A stretch of 64,000 nt of DNA from Podarcis vaucheri (lineage: Eukaryota), in NCBI GenBank assembly GCA_965113315.1, contig OZ220367.1; one strand, 5' to 3'. Both the position numbers and the translations under genes were made by a program. This document shows positions 1 to 13,953 of this stretch, piece by piece. How positions within the stretch are numbered: the stretch's first letter is position 1; each line of letters starts with the position of its first letter. The notes beneath the pieces are model-generated. The model made no database searches. It saw nothing but the letters and a program-made list of their open reading frames with translations, and was not told where the DNA came from.

Positions 1-2619
1 ACTGGCATATTTTTGTTTCCAAAATTCAGACTATTCCTGCAGTAAAGATGGGTAGAAGATCAGAATTTCATCCAGCAATTGAGAGCACAGATTGTTGCCA
101 AAGTAGGTCAGTTTACTTGAACACTAATTGGTCAGAACTTCCCAGGAAGCAAGTGCACCCCATGTTATTTAGTTGAAAGGTAGAGCTGTTGCCAGTTTTT
201 GTGCATTTGTTCTTGTGCATCTGGGAAACAACCTGCCCAGACAACCCTCCTGAAAAGAGTCTAAGGCTGTGGGAGAGGAATCAATAGGTTTCCAATCCCT
301 CTCCTAAAACAAAGTTTGGGAAGGGAAGAAAAGAATACTATGCTTCAAGGTGTTAAGTGCAATGTTTAGGTAAAAGGAAGAATGTCCTTACTCCCCCACC
401 CCAAAAAAATCATGGGGTGCCACCATGTTTAGTTAGGGCAATAGGGCAGACCGCACAATTTCAAAAGCAACTTACACCGCCACATTGGATCTGTGACGGA
501 CCGAAGGTTTGAGAGAGAGGTGAATTAGTAAAGGACTGTGTGTAGTAAATGCATATGGGGAATATATCGGCGAAAGAACTGTACTCCAACTTGACAGATC
601 TTTAACACCTATATATAAACCACAATTCCCAAGATTCTGTGGCATTCTAATGTCACATTGAGAACAAAACTCTGGATGGGGACAGGCAAAGGGAAGGAGG
701 GGTAGCTTTAGTTCTCAAAAGACTTTCATTGTATTTTGTGAGACAAACTAAATGGTCTACAGTCTGGAACACCATCAAGAATAGATAGGCAACAGCAGGC
801 TTAGCTCTCATGCCACTATTGGGCCCCAAGTAGTTCCCTTTAATTTCTCCTATATAAGTAAATATTGGATGTTCATTGAGAAGGAGGGAAATAAAACATT
901 AAGACTTCTAGCCAGCTTTGCAGTGCAGGCAAAACCTTTCACCCCTGACAATAATAACCTAGTGTCTACTGATAAAGAATTGTGGGTGACACTGGGTTGC
1001 AATATACAGCTGCTGCCTACGTACAAGAGAACACAGTATAATGATGAACATTCTGCAAGTAATTCATAATTTGCAAAGTGTCTATTAGGGACAGACAGAA
1101 GAAACTGTAGGAAGCTGGGATAAGTAATATTGTTATGCAGAAACATTATGCCTCTATGCAGCTACACTATGGAAAATGTGATACCCGGCAGAGGCAAGTC
1201 TTTTTGACCCTATAACGGTGTACAACTGACCATGTCTAATCAGGAGTAGGTCCTATTGAATTCAACAGGGCTGACTCTCAGGGAGTAATCTTAGGACTGC
1301 AGCCTTAGTTTCTCAGAGGAAGCAATTCCCCTCCTCTCACAATGGACTAGTCGATTAAAAGTCCACTTATGATGGCCCATAGAATTTAAAGAGAGTTGTT
1401 GAAAATGAAGCCTTTTTCTGTCCACATAGCCTTGCCCTTGGTTGTGTTTGTTGCTGATGGAAAGTGTGTGACAAAGGAGGATCCCAAAAACTTGCAAATA
1501 TGTAATGACTTGAGAACTCAGCAAACACCACAGCTGAGGTAGTTAAGAGTGCATATTAATAGGAATATGAGATTAGAAGGAAAGTGCTGTAAATGAATCA
1601 TTGTGAGTGAAATATAGGATGGTGGAAAGGTTGTTTATAAAAAGTACAGGCATCACTAATATGGCCTTCTAACCAGCAGCTGCCGAAAACCATAGATCTA
1701 CTTCTTTGACTGACTTGGGGGAGACCAGACTATGTAGAAAGGCCCTATAACACTGATTTCAAATCAGTGCCTAGTGGCAGCATTGTGCTACACATAAGCC
1801 AAATGCAAAAGGGATTAACCTTTTATCCAGACATGTACTGTGTTGCTCAAGACTTTTGTCTTGCCCATATAAAGGCTCTTAGCAATTACAATTACAATAT
1901 TTCACAGTGTCTGTGGTTAGATTCAGATATTCATTTTTGAAAGAATGTAGCAAACACAAGTTCACACATTATTTTCATATGGTGTTAATTTCTTCTGAAC
2001 ATGCTCCCATGTGGCAGGCCTGAGATTTAGCATACCTCGGATAAAATGAAAACATACTGTATCTAGTAATAATACCTCACTACACTGAAAAGAGCATTCG
2101 GAAGAACCACAAGGAAGTGAAAGGTAAAAGACACCTTGTGGTGACATTTCTCATTTGGTACAATTTATTTTTAAATCTTGCATCCCAGTTCTATATAGGA
2201 GCTTCAAAAGAGCTAAGAATAAAAAAGATAAAACAATTCAATTTAATCAATTTATGTAAAAAGTTAACTCAACTACTAAAACTGATACAATAACAGTTTA
2301 GATGAATCGAAACCATAATAGCGGAGTATGTCATTGGATAGTGCTATGTTGCTAGATAATAAACCTACACATCAGCTAATCATTAAAAGGTGGCCAAAGG
2401 AGGGAACTGAAAATGTGGCTGAGAGGTAGTTACTGCATGACAAGAGTACATTTTTACATTCATGAGCATCTGCTCTGCTACTCAAATACAAAACACAGCT
2501 TTATTTGTATATATAAACATATATCGACCCACCCTGGTACTCCACTGAAAGAAAGCAACACAAGGAAACAGAACCATAGATATTTTAAAAAGACACTTTA
2601 GAAACCAGCGCTTTGAACC

Positions 2620-5600
2620 ATTCAAGTTTTCACAACAAAATTTATTAGAAGAATAGTGGTTCTGAAAAGTCTAGCATCCAGTGAAAACTACCATACACGT
2701 TACAGCTGGGAATGTGTTTTCAAAATGACATGGCCAAAGAATACAACAGGGCTGTTAAACCCTTACACATGCACAACGAGAGAATCAGCGCTTTTGACAT
2801 ACAATGCAAAAAAAAAGTGGACCACGTGAATTAAAAATTTATAAGTACTTATCACATACATTAAGACACAGCTTATTTAGTCCAGTCAAAAAATCAGAAC
2901 TGCATTAAAAATTAAATGTAGTGCAATCAAACCAAAACCTTAATTTGTGATCATAAGTGCTCTACTACATAAAATGTTGATCATAGCAAGGAACAAAAAA
3001 GTTCAAATCACACAGTACAAAAAAAATCTGTAAATAAATACAAACTACAGTACAAGAGAAATATTAAATTATACAATTCCGTCAAACTGTAAACAGTATA
3101 TTGAAATGAGGTCCATAGATTAAAAAGGGGGTTCCTGCTTTATTTTTCCATGACACTTGTACTTTTAGAGGTCTGTGAAAAATGCCATTTTTCCATACTC
3201 TACATAAATAGAACTTTCTAAGGTGTAAAGCATCAAATAATAAAGCAGAGGCATTGCTGACGCACAGTTACGGTGAAATTAATGCTGGTGCGAGCAGCAG
3301 GCTTTATTTTAATGTGTTACACACATGCTCAGCAAACAGACCCACCACTACAGGCGTGAAATGCCAACACACTCACAATTAGTGCGCGGCACAAGAGGTG
3401 GCACGCCCGACAAGGAGCATAAAGGTAGGCGCAATCATGTGCTCCCACAATCTATGTGCTGCTGCTGATTATTTGAAAGTTTTACACTCTTGCCATAAAA
3501 CACCAACTTTGGCAGAAGGGTTACTAATAAACTCAAGCCCATCTAGCCCATTGGCTTCCATCACAGTGGCCAGTGCACAGAATTCCTAGAGACATTGCAT
3601 AACTAGAATGTAGAGGTCAGACACCCAAGGGCCAGGGCTCAAGTTTAGAAGTACCTGGGATGAAGGAGAAACCACAGCCGTACTGAGAAGCTGCCCCTGT
3701 TCCATTTACAGGGACAGCCAGGAATGTATTTGACATTAGCTGTGCTGGCTTGGTAGTGGCATTTTTAAATATATACGTTTAAGATTACATATATAATATA
3801 TATGTATATAACATAATACACATACTATATATAGAAATTTCTTACAATACATAATTATCAGGAACCCCCATGCGATCTTGCTCAGTAGTAATAACTGAAT
3901 ATACAGAATGCCACTACGTGTCTGAGGCACTGCGTGCTGGAGAGTAATATGCAGCTTTAAAATCCGTTTGGCTGAGTTATACCTGGATACCTGAACTGAG
4001 TTTAAGTTGACATTCATCAAGGATGTGCTATTAGCACATCAAAAGAAAAGCAAAAACAAAATACAAGTCACTGCTAGGTTTAAGAATAGTGTACAAGTAC
4101 CTGAATTGAGTGAGGGTAGTGTGTAAACTGTCCCTGAGGGTTTTCAAACAGTGTGTGTACAAGCTGGAATCCTAAGCACGTTAGTTTATAACTTACACTG
4201 CGGACTGATAAAATACCAACATTTGACAATTTAACAAGTGGAGGTTAGAAAGAGTTATGAGCAAACACTCAAAACATATTTATACATGTTTAAGCAGCAG
4301 TAAGCTGCTGTAAGCAAAAATCCCATGGATATAACCACCCAATGGGACTCTGAGAGGCTGCAGTCTGTAATCTGTTTTTCTGATGCTAGGGCATATGACA
4401 GCCGCCATCTACCCTCTCTCAACAAGTAAAGAAGTTTCACCTGCTAATGTAGAATGCACCTAGTTACAGACTAGCAATTCAAGATTAGATTTTTAATCAA
4501 AGACTTTCCTATTACATACTAAAATCCCTTAAGATCACTAATGCTGGTATGCTAATCTAGTTAGTTTTTTTTTAATTTCCCCCTTCATTTAAGAAATATA
4601 CCATTCGACAACTTAAACATTAAGATCCATTTTCAGTCCTCTGATGTAAAAAGCATGTCAGTGAATTTATATTAAAAATTTACATGGTAAAAAGGCTTGA
4701 ATTTCAGCCAAAGATTCTAAATACTGCTCATTCCCTGAAGACAAAAGGGAGAGAGAATCCCTACCCATTTTCCTAGTGATATACTTTCAAACTGAGCACT
4801 ACACAATGGTCTAAAACTATTCTTCATTTGGGAAACTTTACCTAGCCTCCCCCATTTAGATCCCAAACCTTAAAGCCCTGAAATGGTCTACTGAAATGTT
4901 TAATTAAAATATCATGCGAGTACACCCAGAAGCTGCCTGAACATTATAAAATTCCTGGACTGAAACTTTTACAGTACCTTAGACTCTGAAGACCAGATAA
5001 ATTAAGACTCTAGTTGTAACAGTAAAAGTGCTGAAAGGTCCCTTTTCTGTCTTTTTTTTAAAAAAAACAACAACAGGTCAGACAAGTGCTTTAATGGTCT
5101 ATCTATCTTTCTATCAAGTCTGTAAAGGTCTGATGAGTGTAGCACCAAATGTGAGGTACATTAGAGGCTGAAGTGGCATGTCCACAATTTTAGAGTGGGA
5201 GAGGAAATACGTAAGTCAGATTTTTATAAACTAGCGACCAAAGACGCAATGTATTTATTGTATAGAGAGATGGAACATCTAATCTTCTAAGGATCTTTTT
5301 TTAAAAAACCTTTGTATTAATAAAAACGGATTGTGCAATCAGGTTAATAATTTGAGAATTTTATAATGAATGTTTTCAGGCCATTACCTAATTGCAGGTA
5401 ATTTTGCAGGCTTGAAAATATTACTGACTTATACAAACTGACTAAATCAAATCTAGATATCTGTCAGAAAGATGCTGCAGTGGCCAACAACTTGAGTTTT
5501 TATTTCTCTGGAATTTTGAGTGCATCTGTGGATTATTTTAGGTGCCTACATAGATTCATCCACAAATTTGCAAAAAGTAACATTACAATACTTGTTACAT

Positions 5601-8600
5601 CCAAATAAACTGCATCTGCATAATTTTAGACTTCAACAAAAGCTTGCTCACTTGCAAAATTTCAGTTTATGACTAGATATTCTATGGTGTATTTCCAAGG
5701 AAGTTGCCAAGTTCTACATTTGAGAACTCCATAAGGCTAAAGAGCCAAAAGACGCACATCTCCAAATCCTTCCCTCTCTTCCAAGCCCTAGATCAGGCCC
5801 AGACCCTGGTCAGTCTGCAGCTCCTTCCTTCTGCCTATCAGCCCACGATGTCAGAGGCCCAAATATCTACAACTGCATTCTTCTCTTTGTCTCCTTTGAA
5901 CCTAATGCGAAGCTGCAAGCTTTTGATGGAAGGAGTGAACAGAAAATCTCTATCTCTAGTACACCAAATTCTCCATCAGTGATTTTCTGTTCACAATCTT
6001 GAACTGCCCAGATTTGGCCAACCCTGGTATATATCACGACAATTTAATAAACTGTTCACTTATCAAAAAAACTTGGAAAGCACAGATATAATGACCACAT
6101 TTGGGCATAATGTTAAACTATGGTTTAGTATTATGCGAATGAGCCTCACCTCCTGCCGGGCTCATGTATTTCCTCTCCTCATTCCTGCTGCACAGCAGGG
6201 AAGAATTTAAAAGCTTTGGTTTGCTTTTAGTTAAGTAGGGTGTGCTGCTTCATCCTAACTGGGGATTGTTGTCTAACACTAACTTTGGCTAACATCACGA
6301 AGCCAGGTACTTAACTCATGGTTTGAAAGTGGCTTATTTTTAAAATAACCAGTCTGTGTTGAACCACAAACCCTAGCTTGAATGAAACATACCACAGTTA
6401 ACTAAAACCAAAAGCAAATGTTTCTGAGCTCCTTCTGTAGAAAGTGTGGAGAGAAGGAGAGAACATGCGAATTTAGAAGGAGACTAGACTTGTTAAAATG
6501 GTGCTAAATCACAGTGTTTTAAAATTCAACTATGAAAGCCATTAGACACCCATGTGTTATAAAAGCCAACTGCAAAATGTGTAATTTGCAGACAGCAGGG
6601 AAGTTGATTTTTTTAATTACATTTCTGAAACTGCAAGGGAGAAATGCAAAAGATGCCTGATCCACAAAGAATGGACACCCTATAACTTCCTAGAAGCACC
6701 TATTTTTTTGCCTGAAAACATATGGAAAAAATTATTTTTATGTCAAGTTTATCTTTTCAAGACTGCCCAAGTCCTTCAAGCAGCCTTGGCTAATATGTGA
6801 ACCATCCCACTATGGGGCTGAAAGCTAGACTTTTAAAAGTTTCTGTTTTAGAGTTCTAGCAAAGTGCTTTTGGATAAGAAAGGGGGATGCTAGGAATGCT
6901 TCCCCAACCCACTCAGGTGCCATGCCTTTATCCTCTTTATCACCTCTGAGACACTCAGAGACTTTAGGAAGATTTCATCCTAAATTTATTATACATGGAG
7001 GGTGGAATCTGCTTTTCCCTGTCAACACCTCAATGAAATTTGACTCCCTTTCCATTTTTTTGGCTTGCTAAGGCGCTTACCATGAGACATCAATAGCATG
7101 ATGTCAATGAGATCACAAATACAGCCAATGTGTGGAGGTTTTCATGGGAAAACATTTTTTTTAAAAAAAAAATGCATAAATAATTCCTGACAGTTTCTGA
7201 GCAATCATGGTGTCATCTGAGATCATAGTTCAAACTGCCTCATCATTTGTCAATATGCTTTGGGATAAGCCACAGGAAACAAAGCAGACCTGAACTACTA
7301 CCATGTTTATAAGGTACATCTCATTCTTAAAGGATAATGAAAATTTATTCCAGATTTGCATTAGAAAATATTTAAGAAAACATTCAGACTAGGCCTTTCC
7401 TTTGGAGGCAGAGCAGCAGGCAGTATGGAGCAGTCCTAGGGCCATACAGAAGCAAGGGCATATTCTTGGGGCATTTGGCTAATGCAAGAAGAGGATCTTC
7501 GTGCCCCTGGAGGAGGTATCTTTCAATTCTTTTAATAAACTCAGGAGTTTGGAGATTATATATATATATATCTATATATATATATCTATATATAAAGTAA
7601 GGGCAACAGTCCAAACCCTACAACTTCCATTCTTTATAGCTGTAGTGAAAACAAAAAGGCCTGGGGCACAGAAAATGAGGTTCTAGAATGGCTGACAGAG
7701 GTAATAGTGTATCAGATCGCCAGGAAAGAGCTTTTATATTTTACAGATCCAAGTAAAAACTGATACATTTTCTACACACTGGGCTCGCTCCACAGAACTG
7801 CACAATAATTAACTCCACACTTGTACCCCTACAACACTAAGCCTTACTCATCTGTATAACCTGCTGTAGCAAAAGGTCACCAAGCAACATCTAAATTCCA
7901 GTACAATAGTGAACTTGATTTTAAACGTTACACAAACACACTCTAACATTAGTCTTCTAGGCTGGGAGTAGAGGGAGAACCTATCCTTCATGATACCTGG
8001 TCTGTATAAGCAGAGGCTGCCACAAATACTGTTCACAGTTTCATTCTGTCATTCAGGTGCACATGACACCATCAACAGATACACAATAATTCCACCAAAT
8101 TTTGGTTCTGGATCTAACACACATGTGATCAAAATGTCCAGTTCTTCCTCCCAAAGACTTCACCATTTCTGGAGCATTGCACCTGGCTTGTCCCCTTAAT
8201 ATGCTCTCAAAAACGACAGGGAAAACAAGGCCTAAGCCCTATGTCTTGCGCAAGTTACATGAGCATCCATTTACTGGAAAACAGGAGAAAACAAGGCTTC
8301 TCTTACAAAGACAGCAGCGAACCACATCTTCCCACATCAAACTATGGTCAGTTGAGGATTTTGGCCATGCAAACTTCTGTTCAGCAGAAAATTAAGCATG
8401 CTAATGGATAAACACTGATTTCATTTTTTCCTAACAGCAAAGATGCTTCCAAATGCTACTCAAAGCTGCACCAAAGGCGTCTGTCAGAGCAGTCTTACTT
8501 CAGTGAATCACTTAGGATCTAGAGTGAGATACAGTCACAGGATGAGCCACCTGGGCAAAAACAGGTGAGATGAAGTCTTAAACAAAAGTTAAACATTAAA

Positions 8601-11443
8601 AAGGTGCACCTGAATATTACAGACTAAGTTTACAAAACCTACAATAAGGTAAAATATAGATATATTTATATCTTTTGAATATTCAGCAGCTTTTTGTTTA
8701 TTTTTGAGAGGCTTCTGAAATTTTAGAAAGGGACAACTAACTAATTTCAACCATGCTTCACAAAACAATAATGGCTATTTTATATTGCAATTACGAAAGT
8801 AATGCAATTAGTGCTTTAAAAATAACCTACTTTTTCCTTTTCTTTTTTTAAGCAGAGACCTTTTGAGGAAATATGGTTGTTCCAAAGCTTCTGGGATTTT
8901 TTTTTTACCTGAATAGGAAGTGATCACAGATATTAAGTGTTATATTTCAAAGCTTTGCAGATAGGAATCTTACAATCGTCAGGTCCCAGGACTTTTATCT
9001 GAGAAAATTAAGTGTTTGGTTGTTTAATTCATTTTCTAACCAAAGCAATAAGAATACGCAACTATCACTATCTATTTACAGTTCTCAACCTATGGTCTGA
9101 AATGACGTACAAGTAGTTCTCTTTCTAAACTGCAGCATTAAAGGGTAGGCACACCATTTTTCTGCTGCACGATTGTCATCCACTTAATGATACACATAGA
9201 AAATATTTAGGTAAGTAAAATGAGCACTCCACATACACTATGACAAGGTTTTACGGAACTCAACTCATACATCACTTAAATAAAAACAGCCACAAAAGGT
9301 TAAACCTCTGACAGTAAAACTCTATGCAAGTGTTACACTTCTAGCTTGCAGCAAATCTTCTCCCACACTTTCAATAGCAGATGAAACCACAAATTTAAAA
9401 CAGTGCATTTTTATTGCAATTTCCAGAAAAACTGGAGTATATTGCAGAGTTTCTACACCACTATGGAGCTTCAAACAGGTTTCTGTACTGAGATGACACC
9501 TAGATAGCTAAAGGAACTCTGCTTTTGAGTATGGAAACACATTAAGCTACCAAAACAAAAAGAAAAGTCTAAGAACAGTAGTACAAAGCATATCTGGGCC
9601 AAAAGCCCAGTCTCTCTCAAGAATGAGAAGTGCATATTTAACACGACAGCAATGGTGTGCCTAACCTTTGAATACAGTGGGTTACTGGGAAGCAATCAAC
9701 CAATCAAGAAGGCCAACTCAATTAATTGCCCCCAAATTCAAGCAGCAGCCCTGGGGCTATCTAGGCCTTCTTCCTATGAATCTTAGCATCCACTTTCAGT
9801 CATTAACACAGGATAACTAATTAAGAACAGTGCTCAAATGATGTCTCACATACAAATTCCATTGCCTCTTTTGGTTGTGCAAAGCAGTAGAGTGGAGTCT
9901 TACCAATCTTTTGCACAGCTAAGATTAAATTGTTTCTCTACCCAAAGAACCATTAAGTCTGATTCAGTGAAGCTGCAAGTCCAGAAAGCTTTATTTAAAG
10001 CTTAACATGTAAGAATGTTCAGATGCCTCTGCAACTAACAAGACTGAACTGTGGATTTAGGAGTGCTAGTGGTGATCTGCCTATGCGAGTGTGTGCTAGT
10101 CCCCTATTAAAATCAATAGTGGATGAAATAAAAACAGAAATTCAGGATATGCAAGCACATTTCCTGCTACTGGCAACTGTAGTATTTAAAAAGGAAACAC
10201 CCATTGGGTGTTCAACCCTGACAGTGTTACAACTAGATAAGATGCTCAGCCTAAGTCAGACCAGAGTGATCTGATAATGGGTTTTATTAAAATTTGTAAA
10301 AATTTCTTCCCTGAACATTAACATAGATCCTTCATTTACATGACTATTTAGGCAGACTATTGAGGTTGTATGTTTAGAGATCAGTTGGTTTGATGAGGAT
10401 TTTTGTTTGTTTTTTGCCCAAGATTACAGTAAGCTGTTATATGTATTCCTGACTCCCAGAAGAGAGTTCTTTAAACGAGATGTTGGAAACGCACAGTTTA
10501 GCAAACTCAGAATCCAGTCTGTTAAAAAGCACGTAGGTCACAAAAAAGCCATTATTTTGTTAAAGTGAGGAATACCCTAGTATATCATTCAATGTACCCT
10601 GATGCTCCTGAATGGAGTGTTGAGATAAGGCTACATCCTCAAGCAGGCAAGCTGAACTCTCTCGCCTTTGCAAAAGAGCAAACACAATTACAGTGAAGGT
10701 AGTGTTCCAAAGGAATGAACCAAAGCATTCTGAAGGTAGTGTATGTAAAGTTCCCCCATCCCACTCCCACCCGCCCCGCCGGGTGAGCACTAAGCAGATT
10801 GCAAATAGTAAAGGAGGAGTTGAATTTAAAACAAAATGGCTCCGATTAGACCCAATTGACTAGGAATCCAATCACTAATCACTGAATTCAAAATGACTAG
10901 CCATACTTAAAAAGGTTAAAACTCTCTTTCAAGCCAACTGGATCGAAGAAGAAAAAAACTGTGAAAGCCTAATTATAAGCAATTATCCAGTTTTTGTTTC
11001 ACAAGTCTGGTACTAGAGCTCAAGAAAGTGATTTTTTTAAAAAGGCCATATGAAGAAAGCAAACCCAATAAAATAACTGAAAGTCCATGCAGGCTCAAGA
11101 GGCAAACAGTCCACTTCCATGTCTGCATTCTTTGTGAGGTAACTCAATTCTCTATAGAATATTAGAGAAACATGCAAAAGGCCAAAAAAAAAAAATATCC
11201 CCCAACAACAAAACAAAACAAAAACACAAAAGAGGGCTCTAAGCCATTCCGGGCCAGAAAATTTACAAATATGCAACATTCAGAGCACCCTTTTCCCCCT
11301 GTGTCCACACAAGTCTTTGCTGAACTGCAAAGGAGCATGTCCTGCACCCAGTGACTGAAGAGGAGTTGGGTACATACAGCAGGAGTTGAACAATGCCATA
11401 GTGCTCACCCAGTTTATAATGTAATTGGCACTCTACAACATCC
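2620..11443 (-). other. LCOR: LCOR long 3' UTR (~8.8 kb)
   Basis: Continuous from the stop codon; poor in young TEs; dense miRNA seed matches near the distal end; ends at a candidate poly(A) signal. The exact end is inferred. Confidence 0.65.
2641..2646 (-). terminator. Candidate distal polyadenylation signal of LCOR
   Basis: AATAAA on the minus strand (plus TTTATT), followed on the minus strand by GU/U-rich sequence (ctgtttccttgtgttgctttctttc). Confidence 0.6.
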
Positions 11444-12413
11444 CTAATCATCCTTTGACTCATTCGCACTCTGTGCTGCCTCTCCCTGGGGATCTATCTC
11501 AAGCTTTACAGAGACATCCTGTCCCTCCGGCCGCATTAATTTCATTTTTTTCTTTGGAGGGTTTTTCAAAGTGCCCAGCCTCTCTTTCACTTTATATTCC
11601 AGGGTGCTATGGGGAATCCCATAAATACTCTGAGCTTTGGAGACGCTCATTTTCCCACTCATCACCACAGAGATCGCTTCTTCCAATATCTCACTGTTGT
11701 ACTGTCTGTATCTGCCTCTTTTCTTCCGAGGTTGCTTAGAGCCAGGATCTCCCTCTTGATCAGAGGTGGGATATGGCTGTCCAGAGGTAGATTGCTCAGC
11801 ATCTGAGCCCCAGGAGTCTGGTCCAGGATCCAGCAAGCTCCTTCTGTTTTGTTTCGGAAGGATAGCCCTTAACTTTTTACTAAGCGCGCTCTCCGTTTGT
11901 GAACCCATCACCAAAGAGCTATAGCTATACTGGTCGCCAGAACGTGACTCCCATGAAAGGTCCATGCCTCGAACTTGTGGTATCTTTAAATCCACAGGAG
12001 TTGAATGGCTCATGTCCTTTTTCCCATCCTGTTTAGTTTGAAGTGCCATTTTTTGAAAGGCTGAATTTTCTGTAAGAAAAGGAAGGTCACTGATGTTGCT
12101 GAGTGCACCGTTTCCCCTGAATTTCATTCGGGTGAAGTTGAATTCGTAGTGTGGTTTTGCCCAAGAAGCCTCCCTGGATAGTATCATGTGCTGTCCATGA
12201 TTCTGCAGCCCAGACGGCCCATGGCTGGCAGCTGTAGCATGCTGGTTTCTGCTCAGCAGTTCTTCGCTTATCTGCAGTGATCGAGCCAATGGAACTTTGA
12301 GAGATGTGGAGTGGCCAGACCCTTCCCTCGTTCCATCCTGCCAACTTCTCGGGGGCACCCCATCACCACTCCGAAGTCCCTCTGCATGGTGCTGGCTGGG
12401 TCTCCCAGGTCGC
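11444..12413 (-). CDS. LCOR: LCOR last coding exon (NLS RKKRGR and pipsqueak-type HTH domain)
   Basis: Acceptor ccaattag| at 12414/12413; RPGRPSQ...RKKRGRYRQYNSEILEEAISVVMSGKMSVSKAQSIYGIPHSTLEYKVKER...SKDD*; from ATG 20191 the spliced CDS is 238+94+970=1302 nt = 433 aa, the same length as human LCOR. Confidence 0.98.
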
Positions 12414-13517
12414 CTAATTGGATGGAAGGAAACTGATGTGAGCAGGACTTGCACAGGTAGGGAGGAATGGGTGAGGGGGCCACTCCTTTATTAGAAGACC
12501 TTGCTTGGGTAACATCACTTTTGTGGGTTTTTATTTTTATTTTTTTAAGTCTCAGCAGTCAGTTTTTTAAAAAATTGTTCAAAAATAAAGAGAAGCTTTT
12601 TGGGCAAAGAAAAACGAAACCTGTCAGCTGGTCTTTGGTTGGGTTCACAAAATCTTGGAGCAGAAAAGGCTTCGCGCAAGTGTCTGAAAATAGCATCTTA
12701 ATTATAGATTAGAAAGGAATAATCATTTGCTAGAGTCTATTCACGACTGTATTACTAGTGTGACGTTACCACTAAACAAGTACAGTAATAAAAGAGTAAG
12801 CCAAGTGACAAAATGCAGCAAATTCAACACGCATACTCTCACACACCAGCCACCTGCACTTTTTATAAAATGCTGAAAGCTCTGGAGGGCATGGATTAAC
12901 ACTATATATGCTAAAGTTGCTGCTCAGCATCAAGAGCGCTCAGCAGAACTCAAAGGTGTTTGCTTATTTTGCATTAAACATTAGAACAGAAAAACGGAAT
13001 GGTTCTCAAATAAAAATGTTGCACAAATTCAGACTCCATTTCCTTTTAAAATTAATCATAAGTCACATAAATATCAATTTGATTCTGTTTTTCACATGCC
13101 TAGGTAAAGAAGCAGGATATTTTCTTGCCACATATGTATTATTTATTACGCTCTTTCCAACTTTACTGATTAAACAGATCCAGGTTAAATCTATTTTTTA
13201 AAAAGAGTATGATATACAGTCTAATCAGACTATCAATCTTGTTTTATGCACACAATTATTTCAATTCCTGTAAATAATATGAACAAAAAGTATGCAATGC
13301 ATTCTTGGTACTTTGCTCATTAAGATGATTACTGTGTATATCCTATCTAGCAAACAGCCTTTATATATTCACAGACCCCTTTAACCTAGCCATCTGAGAT
13401 ATGTATTTTAGGACCCACCTTACTCTCTTTACTGTAATTTGTATTTCAATATTGTATTTTTACATTTTTGTAACCTGCCCTAGGACCTCATGATGAAGGG
13501 CAGGTAAGAAATCTAAT

Positions 13518-13554
13518 CAACAACAACAATAACAACGACGACAACAACAACAAC
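13518..13554. repeat. Imperfect (AAC)n microsatellite at the end of a short plus-strand LINE/SINE 3' remnant (~13420-13517)
   Basis: caacaacaacaataacaacgacgacaacaacaacaac preceded by tgtaacctgccctagg...gaagggcagg. Confidence 0.75.
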
Positions 13555-13817
13555 GTACAGAAGATTTGGATGCATAGCAAGGCAGAAGGAAGAACTTACA
13601 TTCAAGTTTGGACTTCCTAATTCTTTAGCCTATTAAACATTGCTCAGAATTTGAAGATTCTTAATTTGGTAACGAACAGTCCACATGAATTCTGAACAAG
13701 AACCACCCCAGTGTCAAGGGAAATAATAAATTTCTACCAGAACTTTAAACATGCATTGAATATTTCAGCTAGTTCTAAAACAGTGAAGCACTGTCCAGAT
13801 ATAAAGATTAACTAGCG

Positions 13818-13953
13818 CAGGCTTCTTCAAACTCGGCCCTCCAGATGTTTTGAGACTACAATTCCCATCATCCCTGAACACTGGTCCTGCTAGCCAGGGA
13901 TCATGGGAGTTGTAGGCCAAAAACATCTGGAGGACAGAGTTTGAGGAAGCCTG
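13818..13953. mobile_element. Palindromic hAT MITE
   Basis: TIRs CAGGCTTCTTCAAACTC/GAGTTTGAGGAAGCCTG; 8-bp TSD AACTAGCG/AACTAGCA; internal inverted symmetry (ccagatgtt...actacaattcccat / atgggagttgtag...aacatctgg). Confidence 0.85.

Noticed and set aside
12414-12454. N-terminal MQVLLTSVSFHPIR of the 336-aa ORF call
   Set aside because: Intronic polypyrimidine tract; the real exon starts at the AG acceptor at 12413
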